DNA of 64,000 nucleotides from Felis catus (Eukaryota). Position 1 is the first letter of the stretch, and each line of letters opens with the position of its first letter. Positions 50,203 to 64,000 of this stretch are shown here, in pieces. Below the pieces are notes generated by a model. The model was not told the origin of the DNA. It ran no database searches and saw only the letters and a list, made by a program, of their open reading frames with translations. Made by a program: the position numbers and the translations under genes. The stretch lies in contig NC_058368.1 of assembly GCF_018350175.1 (NCBI RefSeq), positions 226,550,001-226,614,000 on the forward strand. The letters run 5' to 3'.

Positions 50203-50935
50203 GCAGAAGCCAATACAGAAATCATTTTGAAATGGAAAAATAATAACAAAAATGACAAAATCTGGTCTTTTGGAAAGATGAAAAAAAATAACCTCTAGAC
50301 AGACTGTTATGAAGAAATGGGGACAGAAAAAGAGAGAGAGAGAGAGAAAGAGAGAGAATGAAGCAATGATCAATACCAGGAATGAAAGAGGAAGCATCAT
50401 TACAGATCCTAGAGATCTGAGAGAATATAAGATGACATTCTGAAAATCTTTGGGCCAATAATTTTGATAAAATAAAGGAATGGACAAATTCCTTGAGAGA
50501 CATGAATTACCAAATTTCACTCAAGAAAAAAATAACCTGAATAGCCATTTACCCATTAAACTATATTCACAGTTAAAAGATGTTTCCATAAAGAAAACTG
50601 CAGGTCCACGATACTTCACAAGCGATATTCACCAAATATTTAAAAAAAGAAATAATGCCAACTCCACACAAGCTCTACCAGAAAACATAGGATGAAAGAA
50701 TACTTCCCAACACATGTTAGGAGATCATCATTACTTTCAAATCAAAACCAGACAAAGCTCTTTCAATATAGGAACAATGATAGACCAATATCCCTCATGA
50801 GCATGGATAAAAAAAAACCCTTAACAAAACAGCAAATTAAATCCAGCAATATGTACACTGGATAATACATCATGAGCAAGTGGTTTCTCCCCCTGGAATG
50901 GAAAGTTGGTTCAATAATCAAGAAGTGCTTACTTT

Positions 50936-51108
50936 GGGGCATCTGAGTGGCTCAGCTGGTTAAGTGCCTGACTCTTGATTTCTTCTTAAGTAATGATCTC
51001 ACAGTTGGTGAGTTCAAGCCCCGCATAAGGCTCCGCACTGACAGCGTGGGGCCTGCTTGGGATTCTCTCTCTCCCTTTCTATCTGCTCCTCCCCCACTTA
51101 CTCTCAAC
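50936..51108 (+). mobile_element. SINEC inside L1 ORF2, tail lost
   Basis: GGGGCATCTGAGTGGCTCAG...GCCTGCTTGGGATTCTCTCTCT. Confidence 0.9.
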
Positions 51109-52399
51109 AGATGATCAATAGTGGCAAAAAAAAAAGGCATTGGACAAAATCTATTGATAATATAAACTCTGGGCAAACTAGGATCAAAAAGAAACTTCTT
51201 CAACCTGGTTAAGGATGTCTACCAAAAAAGCTCTACAGCTAACAATATACTTAATGGTGAAAGACTGTTTTTTTCCCCTAAGATTGGCAAAAATGTATGC
51301 TGTCATCACTTCTATTCGGTATTGTACAGGAGTCCTGGCTGCTGCAGTAACGCGAGGCAAACAAACAGAATACACAGAAACCAGAAAGAACGGAAACTGC
51401 CCTTACCTGACAAAAAAGGTACAAATAAGTAACATTAGCGAGGTCACAGGATACAAGCCAATTAATAAAAATCAGCTCAATTTCTATATGCCAGCAATGA
51501 ACATTTAGAATTTGAAATTATATTTGTGCCATCCTAAGACCAGCAGGTGAGAGGTAGAAATACAAGATAATTTTCTCAGTATGAGAGATTGCTTCTTAAC
51601 AGTCAGACATACGGAGAACTTCCAGGGATTACCCAGCAGCTTTAAGAAACTATAGCTGTTCCACCCTGGCAAACTGCTTCAAGGGAATTGGAAGCGAGAC
51701 AGGTAAGATCCTCAACTTTACAAAGCCATGGTATAAAGCCATAATATGTCACAGAAAATGCTGCAAAAATAAAGGAAGGTGAAACCAGAAGCATTTAAAA
51801 ATTGTTAAGACTCCAAGTTCTATAAAATGGGCAGATGTGTGCTGCACAGTTAGGATCACGCGAAGAGCCCTCATACGCTATCCAGTTACGGGTACCACCT
51901 AACAACTTGGCTGTGTCATCAATTTGGTTTCAAGCTAATGTCTGGGCAGTAATAAGCATTAAATTAACAGTAAGTTTGTCTACCTTCTTATAATTAATGG
52001 GAGTTTGGAGAGAGAAATTGGATGGACGCACTTCACTTAGGAAATCTACAAAGACGTCTGAGCAAGTACCATTTTCCTCCTAATTAATTTCTCTTCTGTA
52101 AGTCCCAGCGTCCAACTACTTTCCACTGAACTTTGATCTGCTTCAGTGACTGGCAGTAATGGCAGTCAGTGTCTTTGTGAAAAAGGAAACACTGAAAGCA
52201 AAAAGGAAGGAATGGGAAATTTACTCTTCCGGGGCGAGAGGATGGTAAGAAGTAAAATGTTTCTATCAGAGCTTGGACCAGGATGGAGATTCCCTGGTAC
52301 CTGCTGATGGAAATGTGGCTCCTTCCTCAGGGAGTTAAAAAATCTCCCAGGATCTTCTCCACAACATAAGCACTGTTAGCAATGTGGTGAGTATCTTCT

Positions 52400-54410
52400 A
52401 TAATATTAATTTTTAAGATAAAGTAGATTTATATATATAATCTTTTACACTGAGATAAGATTGAAACTTGACATTTTCATTTAACAAAATATCGAGAACA
52501 GTCTTCCGAACGCATGCAGACAGACCCGCCTTAACGGCTCTATGGAATCCTGAACTATGGATATTAGCCTCTTTATATCAGGCATTCTCCTTCCAACGGT
52601 TTCCAGATGTTTCCTATTCCAAAGAAACTGGTGATAAAGTTCTTTGTTTATATTTATGTGTGTTTATGTTTATCTTAAAAATCCAGGGTTTTTATTTGTT
52701 TTTGGTTAAATCCCTGTGAATGAAACTAATAGATCAATTAGTGTCCAGATTTTAATTGTATAAAGTATTGCCAGGTCACAAGGCTTCACGCCTAGCCATT
52801 CCTACCAACAGAGTATATGAGTAGATATTGAACATTCGTTCAAGCCCTGAATTCTAGCCATATTTTAAGTTCTAGTAAATATGACAGTTAAAACATACGA
52901 TGTTATCATTGCTTCCCTAGTTATCCCGGTGGTTATGTAGATTTTTATCTGCATTTTTTTTCCTTAATAGATTGCCTGCTTATAGAACTTGTGCATTTTT
53001 TCCTCTTTGGTTGTTTTGATCCTTTCTTATGGGGGTTGCAATTATTCTTTTCAAGTCTCTCATTTGTCTTTTGACCTTTTATGGGCATGACTCAGTCAGA
53101 ATTCTTAGTGGCAAACACAACTCTCTCCTACTAGCTTAAGCAGAAAAGGAATTTATTAAAAGGCATTAGATGCATCACAGAAGTTCCGAGAAGAATCAAC
53201 AACTGATCTCTGAAGCCAAAGAGCTAAGGAAAATGTCCAATTAAATTGCTACATTGTTGCCCTGGGTACCTTGCTATCTCCCAACCCCTAGGACACAGGA
53301 GGTCACTGCTATTGCTTTTTGCAACAGCTGAGTGTTTCTCTGTCACTCTCAATGTAGTTAGTTCCATGAGCCACCTTCTTCTTCACATCACACTCTTCTG
53401 AACCAGAATTTAGAATGAATGGGCGCATCTGGGTCATGAGGCTAACGTCCCAGCTAGCTGCAAGGGAGCCTGGGAAAGTGGATTTCTGCTTCTACTTTAG
53501 GACAGCAGAATTTATAAACAGGGTAATTCCCCAAACGTCTGAATGATATTCAAAACTTGTTGGAAGTCAGCAAGCTTTTAAAATGTCCATCATATGAAGT
53601 CCTTGCCTTTCCCATGTTTTTAAGTTTCGGGAGATAAAGTATGTCATTTTTTCCTCCCTATTTTCAGGCTTTTGGTGTTTTTTTTTTCCCTTTCTACTTT
53701 TACGGTTCTGGTTTAAAAAAAAAATACCATCATCACATGATGATTACACAAATATTCTTTTGGACTGTCTTCCAAGACTGCTGTGGTCTTCATTCCTTAG
53801 CATTTCTATTTTTCATTCATCTGTAATTTGTTGTTACACAATAAAGTATGAATAAAATTTTATTCTCTCAAGAAAGTACAGCCAATTCTTCCAGTTTCAT
53901 TAACTGAATAATATAATTTATTCGCTGAATCCTAATGCCATCTTTAATTATATGTTAAGTGATCTTTATGTGCTCTATAGAATCATTTGTTGCAGGCCAG
54001 GACTATACTGTTTAAAGTGGCTTTGTATTAGGTTTTCCTATCTAGGAAGGCAAGCTTCTCCACTGTCGCTCCATTTCACAATTTCCTTGGCAAGTTTTAC
54101 TTGTTTATTCTTCCATATACACTTTAGAATCACTTAGGTGGCTCAAAAGAGAAAAAAAAATGAATTCTGATTGGAACTGCAGGAAATTTATATGCTAATT
54201 TTAAAAGAAGTGACATTTTTATGATATTAAGTCGTCCTATCCAGACCATGGTCTTTCTTTCCATATATGTGGATTTTGTTTTATTTCCTTCAATATAATT
54301 TTATAGGTCATTTCATAGAATCTTTTTCATTAAATTCATTCCTACGTATTTCATGGCTTTTTTTCCCCACATGATTATGAATGGGATCTTTCTCATTTCC
54401 ATTTTTATAA
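52400..54410 (-). mobile_element. Ancient L1ME-like fragments
   Basis: CATTCCTACCAACAGAGTATATGA, TTTATTCTTCCATATACACTTTAGAATCA, TGATTGGAACTGCA...GACATTTTTATGATATTAAGTC. Confidence 0.7.
53090..53560 (-). mobile_element. Old MLT1 (K/L/N-like) LTR remnant
   Basis: TCAGTCAGAATTCTTAGTGGCAA...CTAGCTTAAGCAGAAAAGGAATTTATTAAAAGG...CTAGCTGCAAGGGAGCCTGGGAAAGTG. Confidence 0.7.
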
Positions 54411-57400
54411 TGTCAATTTAGGCGATTTTCCTAACTGCATCTGATTCTACCATGTATAATATGTAGAGTCTACTCTTCACGTAAGTAACTCCCAGAGCGC
54501 TCTACGTTGATAATTTAATGCCTTTATATAAAATGAATCTGATGGGACACAAAACAATTTCCTAATTAAAATGGTCTCATGCACTAGATTTATTATTTTT
54601 CCAACTGACGCATCTTTTAGATAGTCATTCATTGTCTAGAGTCTATAGTTCTAACTTGTTTTTACTGTGATAATAACTCTACGCGTGCATGTGCTTCCTT
54701 ACTGTTTACCAGTGCTCTTTTGCAATTTGACATGTTCATAAATTACTTTGATTCCCACGAACCTATGCGTTCACAAATCAAATCTTTAGCAAACATTGTG
54801 ACATTATCCATTCTTTACATACAACCTATAGCTCCGGTATCTGCTGTAAATCCAAAGCTAAAATTTCCAAGTAACTGCAAAATAAGGGGGAAGCACAGGA
54901 AGAAGTTTGTTTTCTCCTGTAAAATGCTCCTACTATTTTGAACAAAATAATTTACTCCAAAAATAATTCTGATCCTACGCACACAAGTGATCAAGGTTGG
55001 GGGCTCAACGGCTCTGAGTTCTGTGATAGGGACGTGCTTTGTAGAGTAGGCCACTCCAGATGCAACAGGAGGGACTCCTGGCTGCAGCATTGAACTAGGT
55101 CAAATGATTCAGGGTTTAGTCAAGGCTCTGGGAGATACCAGGTCTCGTACGTCATTTACCTTCCTGGTCCTGCATCTATAAAATGAGTGAGTTCGTCTAA
55201 CAGGCACCAAGGTCTCTCTCACTTTTCATGTTCCAAAACTCCAAGTTTCAAAAGCGGACTCCTGCTCCTCGACCATGGGAAATGGTGGATATGTCTGAAT
55301 CCACGGAAATGTAACTATTTCAGGCACACTGAAACCACAACTTTCAAGCCAACTGATCAGCCATAGTTTGTTTCTAAAGACATTGTACTGTAGCCTAGAT
55401 CTTTGCTTGATTATACCACCACATATATGGAAGTGCAGATTAATTTAGCCAAATGTTATATTCCGGCTTCAGTTCTGATACCACAGAAAGAAATACAGCT
55501 TCTGCTTATTTCCACACCTTGGACTGGCTGACGCAGGATGTTTACATTTAACTTGGACTAAAATGTGTGCTGACATCAGTAACCATCTTAACATGGCCAC
55601 ACCAGGAACATGAGTGTTTCTGAAGCAAGGCACTCTACATACACCATGACAAATTAGCCATATCCCAGTTTATAGTAAGACCCATTTGAACCACATTCTG
55701 GGAAATTTTCTAGCATGTAAATAGTATGCAAACATAAAACTGAATATATACAATTTTCAACATGTAGTTTATATTCTAGAGACTTATAATTACAGAACCC
55801 ACATGTGTATATCTAAATAAAGTAAGGCTTATGGTGGATTCCTATTCCGTAATTTTTTTTTAAATCTCAGATGAAATGTTAATGCCTACTCTTCCAAAAT
55901 TTATCCAATACAGACAGAGAAAAACCACCAAAAATCTTGGACAATATCTCTAGTAGTTCAGTGTTCCAAGGGGCCAAAGCAAGCATCTGTTTTTCTAATC
56001 AGGAAGTTTTCTGTTTCAGAGATTAAAGCTTCGGGGAATCGTTAGAGGTCTGGAATCCTTTAAATAACCTTGAATCCTTCAGGTATTAAATTCAAGACAA
56101 AAATGAGCCATAAGTAATAGACATCAAGGATATTAAAATCGAGAGATGGCTACCGAATATGTATCAGACATTCAAACTGTAAGAGGGTCTGTGGCTGGAT
56201 GTTAAGTAGATTGCTAAAGAACAGTTTTGTTGTTCCTGTTTTATAATTTCCCTCATAAACAGAATTAAGTGGCGGATGATCCTCTTTTCATCTCACTCTT
56301 GCACAAATGGATTCCCAGGCTCCATTCTCAGTGATGTCAAGAAGCCTAATTAAGGACCCTACAATTTATACATCAAGGTAACCATCTGTGACTTGCCAAT
56401 TTCATCTGGCCTGATTTGGAGAATCATTCGGGGGTATTCCAAGGAGTTATAGACCCTTACCCTAGAGTAAAAATAAACCTTTCTCTAAGACGTAATTGGT
56501 TTCACTGTCTTGTGGAAATGAAAGCCAGTTTACTTAAGGCTAATTAGCTTATTGTTTGGTGTATTTGACCCAAATGAAGTACAAGACATTTGCATGACCA
56601 TAAACCTCATTTCCATGTGCTGACAGGTTCATTGCTGCTAAATGATGTTTATTGGTTCTCCGATTTGCAGTCAAAGTCATTCATGTTTGCAATAAATGGG
56701 CAAGTTTTTGTAAATAAATACCACACTGAGGAAAACTGGAATCAGTTTGGTCATGCAATCAGGAAAACTAAAGGTACATGTAATTTCTGGTAGCTTCTGT
56801 GCAGAATTCCCCAAGAGGAAATGATGTTATCACTGTAGATTAATACAGCGAGGGCAAATGGATAAAGCAAGCCTTTTTTATTCCATTAACTTTTTCCATT
56901 ACAGGTGACATTTTGGAGAAATTGAAAGTCCTTCACATTTCATCTTGCTCTTTTTAGTGGCCGAGAGCTTTTATGGCGTATCTTCTTTAATGTTAACATT
57001 TGTCAAGAACCTGAGTCGTCTTACAACACATTGTGCCAGCTGGATGAAAGGCAAAGTTACTTGGTAAATTTTGGTAACTTTTCCATCCAGGAATATAATT
57101 CCTATCAGGAAAATCGGGCCCGTAGGTCAGCCACAAGTCCTTTAACAACTGAGTCTGAATCAAGGTTATCAGCAATTCCAGACAAGCTGGAATTAAACAA
57201 AATCTTCAGGCATTTCTTTCCTGCGGGTAATAGCACAAACTTCCAAAGAGAGAATGAAGTCACCAAGGTCACCAAGGATGGCTGCATCTACAACTGGGAA
57301 AATGCTGATCAGAGAGATGCAAAATTCCTTACCCCTCAAAGCAACCACGGCTTCATAGAAACAGTCCTACATTTAGATCATGTAAGAAAAACGTGCCACC

Positions 57401-58429
57401 TGAAGTGGATGAGTTAACACTTTCTACCCAAACATTTGCTGGTGCAAGAGTTGTTTCTATCCTAATACACAAAATCAGAGGAAGTCCAAAGTGAGAGGGG
57501 AAAGAGACTGACTAAAAAGAAATGAACGAGCGAAAACAGAAATGCAGGTACCGGCATGGGTACCGAGATGGACAGAGCCAGGTGTAAAAACAAACGAAAG
57601 CTTTGTAGATAAGTCAGATGTGAAAAGAAGATATTTCCGATGGACAGAAGAGAAAGAACAAATGTACACAGGTGAGGAAACACTGAGGCAAAAGTAGATT
57701 AGAAACAACAAAGGGAAATAAAGCAAATACAAAATTTAATTCCTAATACATCATAAAATAAAAATCCAGGTCTATGTTAGGTCTGGAGTGTCAAATAGCA
57801 AAGAAAATTTAAGTCGTAGAGACTTTAATCTTCCCCTCCTTAAAGACCCATTGCATTTCAGCACCAATTGGCCAAAAGATGTATTATGGCAACATGTTCT
57901 TCAATTTTGCCCACAGTCATGTTATAGACAGGAACTAGTCAAATTTCAGAGGTCAGTGTCAGGTAAAGTTTTAGCAACTGACGAGGAGCAAGTCTGGGGA
58001 AGGGGCAGGACAAGCGATGAAAGCATTAGGTTCAACCAAATAATGTGCAGTCTGGGAAACGTTAACTTGGAGAGCAAGGCAAAAGTACACTGTTCTGCAG
58101 ACGTGTTGTCATACCTGACAAGGGCAGGATGTGAAATATCTGGGCAGCCCCATGGAGAAAGAAATCTCAGCTAGGGAGAACCAGTGGTAGGCAATACTCA
58201 GAAGCAGACAGTAGGAGTAAAATGGGTGAGAATGTATCAGACCATTAAACTGGGGGACAGGCTGAAGCAGGCCCTGTAGTTTCAGGTACCAGATAGGATG
58301 CTGAGAGAGGGTCTCACACATAGGGAGCATGTTTCCTAGAAATAAGAGGCCAGGTAGAAAGAACATCACCATCCACATTTTTCATTAGTAGGATACATTA
58401 GCACTTCTTTTGTGGTTAAATGAGTTTTT

Positions 58430-59895
58430 ATTTACCTTTCTTGAGGCATAACTAATATACAATAAAAAGCACATATTAACACGTATAGTGTGATAAAATT
58501 TCACACAGGTATACACCAGGTAAACCATTTCCACAGCCAAGTAAATGAATATAACCATCGCCCACCAGATGTTTCCTTGTGCCCCTGTGTAATCTCTCTC
58601 TCCTCTCCCTACCCCTCAATGTCCCTCGGTAATCAATGATCTGCTTTTGGTCACTAGGATTAGTTTGCATTCTCCAGAACTTTACAGAGTTATATTGTAT
58701 GCTTTTCTCTGGGTTCTTTCTCTCAGCATGATTATTTTGAGACTCATCTATGTTGGTGCATGCATCAACAGAAAAAAAAAATTATTCCTGAATAGTATTC
58801 CATGGCATGGATATTTCAGTTTGTTTGCCCAGTGAACTACTGATAAACATGTGAGTTATTTCCAGTTCTATGCTATTATAAATAAAGCTACAGTGAACAT
58901 CTGTGTACAAATCTTTGTATGGTACATACACTTTGTTTCTTTGAGGTAAGCATTTAAGAGTGGTATGACTGGATCATATAGTTGGTATAGTTTCACTTTT
59001 TTAAAAACTGCTGAATTACTTTTTTAATTGAGTATACAGCATTTTACATCCCTCTCCCCCCGCCCCCAGCAGTTAAGGAGAGCTCTGCTTGCTCCACATC
59101 CTCACCTATACTTCATATGTTCAGTCATTTTCCATCATTGTAATTGTAGCCATTCCAGTTGGTCTGTAGTAATGTCTCATTGTGGCTTTAACTAGTATTT
59201 CCCCCATGACTAATGGTTTTGAGCCCTTCCTCATGTATCTTTTTGACATTAATATATCTTCTTCTGTGAAGTCTCTGTTCAAATAGTTTGCCCATTTTTT
59301 ATTGTTGGTCTTTTTATTATTGAATTATAAGAATTCTTTACATATTCTGGAATCAAGTTCTAATCAGATTGATACATTGCAAATATCTTTTTCTAGCCAA
59401 TGGCCTGTGTTTTTCCCCCTCTTTTCCTTAAAAGTGTCTTTTGAAAAGCAAAATGTTTTAAGTTTAATAAAGTTCAATGCATTGATTTTTTTTCTTTATC
59501 ATTTGGACTTTTTATGTCTCATTTAATAAGTCCTGGCAAACCCAAAGTCACTAAGATTTTCTCCTATGTTCTCCTGCAGAAGTTTTGTTTATTTGTTTGT
59601 TGTTGTAACTCTTACATTTTTGGTCTCCAATCCATTTTGAGTTATTTTTTTGTACATCGTGCAAAGTATGGATTGGGAATACTTTTCTTGCACATGCAAT
59701 CCAATTGTTCCAGCACCATTTGCTATAAAGATTATCCTTTCCCCCATTGAATTGGCTTGGCACATTTGTCAAAAATCAATTCTATAAGTGTATTTCTGGA
59801 CTTTGTCCTTTTCTACTGATCTATTATTTGTCTGTCTTTGCATTAATCCACACTGTCATGTTTCCTATAGCTTTACAGTCTTGGGGTCAGGTAGC
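58430..59895 (-). mobile_element. L1 (L1MC/MD-like) 3'UTR plus ORF2 C-terminus
   Basis: TTGAGGCATAACT...TTCCTTGTGCCCC...GCTATTATAAATAAAGCT...TGTAGTAATGTCTCATTGTGG...CCAATTGTTCCAGCACCATTTG; minus ORF gives GKDNLYSKWCWNNWI, an L1 ORF2 motif. Confidence 0.92.
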
Positions 59896-61639
59896 ACCCC
59901 ATTTCTAATGACTGGATACAAGGTCAGAACCAGATAAAAATAGATGTCATTTGCTGAAGAGGCCCAGAGAACTCTTCCATCTCTCCTGCCAAAGTCAGGA
60001 CTGGCCCTGGAGACCAAGTAAAACTAATGTCACAGGGAGGAATAAAGCAGTCCCAACCACAAAGTGGAAGCAACAGAGAGAAGATTACAAAGGACCACGT
60101 AGGACCTATAATACTTGACCTCAGCGTCTCTGCCATAAATTGACAGGATATTAGAATAACCAATTCAGCATCTTTTTTTTTCCATTTAGTCCTGCCCAGA
60201 TGACACATGAGCAGTGTATTATAGTTATACCTTTGTGAGATAAATATCTAAAAAGCCAAGCATGATAATGCCTTTAGGAGAGCTGAGACAAGATTAATCA
60301 GATAATTTAGAGTTAACTTGCCAAAATGTGACCGCCTCGTTTCTTTCTTTTCATTCTCAGGACCTCATAACATAAATTATATAAATTTTCTTTAGCTATT
60401 CTATTGTTCCTTAGGTCAAGCCATAGTTTTTATAACTACAAAACCTGTCCATATCAGTAACTCGAACTACTAATATGTTAATGGAGCAACCAATAAGAAA
60501 GACCTGTTAGATTTCCAATGTCATCTGTAACAACAACAAAAAATAAGTGTATCAAGAAAGGAAATGAAAAATGTGGCCATTTTCCTAAAAGCGTAAGAAC
60601 AAATCTGGCTCCAAAAAAAGTTGAAATTGACTTGGCTGGGACTCTGATGAGCACAGTCTGAGACAATAAAACAGTTACAGAGTCTGAGTTCAAGTGGTCA
60701 TTTCTCCATGGTTTCCGGGGGAAGATCATTTCAGCTGGAGTTCATCATTCAACAGAAGTCTTCAACAGGGCATACGGCTAAAGGATGGAGACATGGAAAA
60801 TTACTGTGGCTAAGAGAACCCGAATGGAAAAATAAGCTTCACACAAATGCATGTGGAAGTTGGTTAACAGAGACCTTATCTTGCAGGAATGTGGCCACTT
60901 CAATTGGCCAGGTTCGAGCCATCCTGGGGCTTGATCCACTTGGCTCTGTGAATACTGAACATTTGAAATGAACTTCAGTTCAGACAGGATAAAAATGATC
61001 ACCACAGGAATGTTCCAGAGATTTTAAAATGCAGAAATAGCCATTTTACTGGAGGAGAAAATCCTTTATAGAAAGTCTAAAGCCAGAGTTTGGTGCCGTC
61101 TCACATATATCTAGTTAGAGATCGCTTTATGCTCCACATCTTAAAACGTTTTATACATGTCCTTTCACCTGTATTACACATGTGAACTTCGGTGACAAGC
61201 GGGTGCCTTCACTCCCAATTCAGACGTAAGAAACAAACCAACCAACGAAACAAAACAAAACAACACCGAGAAACCCACAAAACAACCCACAACACACTAT
61301 GTTTAAGAAGAAACAACAGAGGATCCTACAAAACCAACATCAATTCTTGGATGACTTCAATATTAGTGAAAACACACTTCAATGTATATCGTAGTCACAT
61401 CAGTAGTTGATATGTTCAAGGCAAACTGAAGTCAGTAGCCGGAAGTATGCATTCGAATTGAATATGCATTCAAAAAGTGGCCATTCATTCTATCCACTTC
61501 ACGTTCGTGTTTCCTTTATTGAGGTTTTCATTTACAAAGGGCGCTGGGGGCAAGCATTTATAAAGTGTTACGGACCACTGGCATTTTCATATTTTCAGCA
61601 CTCCCTCTCACCTCCAGGCTTGAGAGAGGCAGCCTGAGA

Positions 61640-61830
61640 GAGTAGAAACTAGAGACACTCTGGCTTCAAATTCTGATCCAGACACTCCCAGCTGTGTGAG
61701 CTCAGGTAAAGCACTCCCACTTCTGATCCTAAGTTTATCCTTCTGCAAAATGGAGCTACTACTGTCGAGATGAAACACAACCTTAATATAGCATGCAGGG
61801 GATGCCAAAATACTCTGATAAATGTCAATG
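61640..61830 (+). mobile_element. MIR fragment
   Basis: TTCAAATTCTG...CAGCTGTGTGAGCTCAGGTAAA...TTCTGCAAAATGGAG. Confidence 0.6.
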
Positions 61831-63099
61831 CTCCTCCACTCCCTCTCCCACTATCCTTGGTACAAAATATATTTGATGAAAAGTGTTCTTCCTTTGGGGA
61901 CTCTAATCGTTGCCGACTAAATAACACTGAGAAGGAATAAGCATGAGAGGATAAACTATGTTCACTCACTACCTTCATCCCTGGATTCTTTTTAATAGCC
62001 CCTTTGTAACATTCCCTTTTTCTAGCCATTTAGCCTCTCCACCTTCCGGAGTTTGGATTTTGCTGTGGTCTACCACTTGGATTTGGGAGGTAACATATTT
62101 TTGCAACAGCACGGAACACTGACAGTTGCCTCTAAGTACTGAGAGATAACAAGGCATGAGATGCTGCATCGTAGGGCAGGAAGAAGGCTTGGAGTCTGAG
62201 TCTTGTGGTTAAGTCCACAGCGGAGCACTTACTGTCTTGATTTTTCTGAGTCCTACTTCCCACAATGGAAATGTGGATAATAAGGCTTAGTCTATCTAGA
62301 CCAGAAGAATTTGTGGAGCTCAGATGCAATTATTTGTGGCATTTCTTTGTAACTGCTAAATAACTTTTAATAACTGACACTATTCTTGTCATTATAAGGT
62401 CACATGGATTGGAATTCTTTTCTTCACATGGTCATCTTGCTCCCATCCTGAAGTCAGTCCAGTCCCATGTAATACAGGACTGCCACATACTCTGAGCTGG
62501 CACCCAGCTGGTACCACTTAATACCTGAAGACCACAGAGTGAATTTGGGGTTGTTTAGGATCTGGACCAACAGACACAGTGGGCACACATGATCTCTGGC
62601 CAGTCCGGTTCCACAAAATATGATCTGAACCCTCCGTAAATTCTAGAACCAACCAGGCCATTCCAGGCTCCGGAGTTTTTTGGGAACATCACTTGGTTAT
62701 ATACTCCCCAGGGGCCTGTCATCTGGGCTCACCGTAGCACAATCTAAATCTCTGCGACTCGTAGTCCATAACGTCTCAACACGTGGGGGTAACACTTGTC
62801 CATTAGTATCGTATGGTAACACACCCTTAACACTCAGACAGAGAGAAAATGGGGTGGGGGGCTATTGCAAAACACCAAAATAAGTTAAATCAACAATGTG
62901 GTGCTTAAACACTTCCAGCAATTCCAAGGCTCTGAAACAGCTGAAAATGATTTGAGGGATAAGATCGGCCAAGGAGAATGTCTAATTTCCATTAATGTAG
63001 GAGTATCGATTCGGCTCCCGCCATAGCCATAGAAACAGCATTTTAGACAGTTTTCAAGCCTGGTTCCAGCTAAACTTGGTGAAAATCACTTCCTGGCGT

Positions 63100-63330
63100 T
63101 GTTTCAAGTTCCTCATTCTGGAGCCAGACTGTCTGGGTTCAATTCATAAGTTGACCACTTACCAGCAGTGTAACCTCAGATGAGTTCCTTAACCTCTGTG
63201 CCTCAGTTTCTTCATCTGTACAATGGGGGTCATGATAAAGCTCCTTCAGTTGTGTATTGCAAAGATTAAATTGGAAGTAACTAAAATAATTCCAGACACA
63301 AACTAGTTACTAAGGATTTACTATTATTAT
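63100..63330 (+). mobile_element. MIR
   Basis: TCTGGAGCCAGACTGTCTGGGTTCAA...CCACTTACCAGCAGTGTAACCTCAG...TTAACCTCTGTGCCTCAGTTTCTTCATCTGTACAATGGG. Confidence 0.88.
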
Positions 63331-63852
63331 CGCTAAGTGGTATGCAAATGCTCAAAAAGAAATAACTTTTTACATGTCCTTTAGAGTGCACCAGACTGCT
63401 GCCTTCAATTGTATAAGATGTGAGGCATGTACGATTATCTTCATTTTGTAAACCAAGAGCCTGCATGTTTGGGAGGTTGAATTTCCAACATTATCCAACA
63501 AGTAAGTGGGCTAATCATGGTTTCTAACATTTCTCCTCCTCCCACCTCTACCCACACCCATTAAACCTCAATGCCTCCAAGAGTTTTAAAGTTTCTTAGA
63601 AATACAAATGAATGAAGTAATCGCTGTGGGTGATTGTTAGAACAGAGAACAAGCTCTAAACAAGCCAAAATTCCATGTTTGAGAGGAAGGCTAAGCAATT
63701 ATGTTGTCATTTTCAAGTGAACGATGCAGCCAAGTTATTTTGTTATTGGACAGAACTTTCAATCTGTAAAGCTGCATATAGAATTGACCCAAGTAAGCCT
63801 GCTCTCAAGAAGACAAAGAGTGATAAAGATACTTTTAAAGCCAATCTAACAA

Positions 63853-64000
63853 TGGTGAAATGGGTGAAGGGGGTCAAAAAGTAGACTTCCAGTTATAAAA
63901 TAAGTCATGGGGATGTAATGTACAGCATGGTGACTATCGTTAATAAGACAGTATTGCATAGTTGAAACCTGCTAAGAGAGTAAGTCTTAAAAGCTCCCAG
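63853..64000 (+). mobile_element. L1MA9/L1_Carn-type 3'UTR, running off the window
   Basis: GGTGAAATGGGTGAAGGGGGTCAAAAAGTAGACTTCCAGTTATAAAATAAGTCATGGGGATGTAATGTACAGCATGGTGACTAT. Confidence 0.85.

Larger units (their letters stand above)
48560..51520 (+). mobile_element. Old L1 (L1M4/L1MC-MD-like): ORF1 C-terminus, spacer and degraded ORF2
   Basis: CAACCAGAATCCTTTACCCC (QPRILYP), ATTACATTAAATG...CACTCCAATT (endonuclease start), ATGGACAAATTCCTTGAGAGACAT (MDKFLE), AGACCAATATCCCTCATGA (RPISLM), AAAAAGGCATTGGACAAAAT (EKAFDKI); many stops and frameshifts. Confidence 0.92.

Noticed and set aside
48560..51520. Active L1 or functional reverse transcriptase
   Set aside because: Many stops, frameshifts and deletions, plus a SINE insertion.
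57031..57417. 128-aa ORF in non-repeat DNA
   Set aside because: No ATG start, no recognisable family and no convincing splice sites. A BLASTP hit or positive PhyloCSF score would reopen it.

Overview
Mammalian nuclear DNA, very likely felid. The evidence is about 21 Can-SINE/SINEC copies with the cat-type GGGGCGCCTGGGTGGCTCAG head, (CT)n and AATAAA tail, plus a carnivore L1 3' end. I recognise no protein-coding exon or intact RNA gene, so the window looks like deep intron or intergenic DNA. The ORF track is mostly SINE, L1 and microsatellite artefacts. Repeat content: young SINEC, L1 of several ages, L2, MIR, L3/CR1, MLT1 solo LTRs, hAT remnants (MER58A, MER20, MER5, Blackjack-type transposase) and many microsatellites. 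Repeat names come from remembered consensus sequences, not a RepeatMasker run, and boundaries of old repeats are approximate. Most notable observations: (1) a TSD-flanked, tailless retrocopy of the 5' half of mature tRNA-His, including G-1 (13940-13974); (2) a MER20 copy with concentrated AT->GC change; (3) a 189-bp duplication with a sharp identity step next to a compound (AT)n minisatellite; (4) a 17:4 SINE strand bias with weak minus-strand exon candidates. I found no convincing new multi-gene system.
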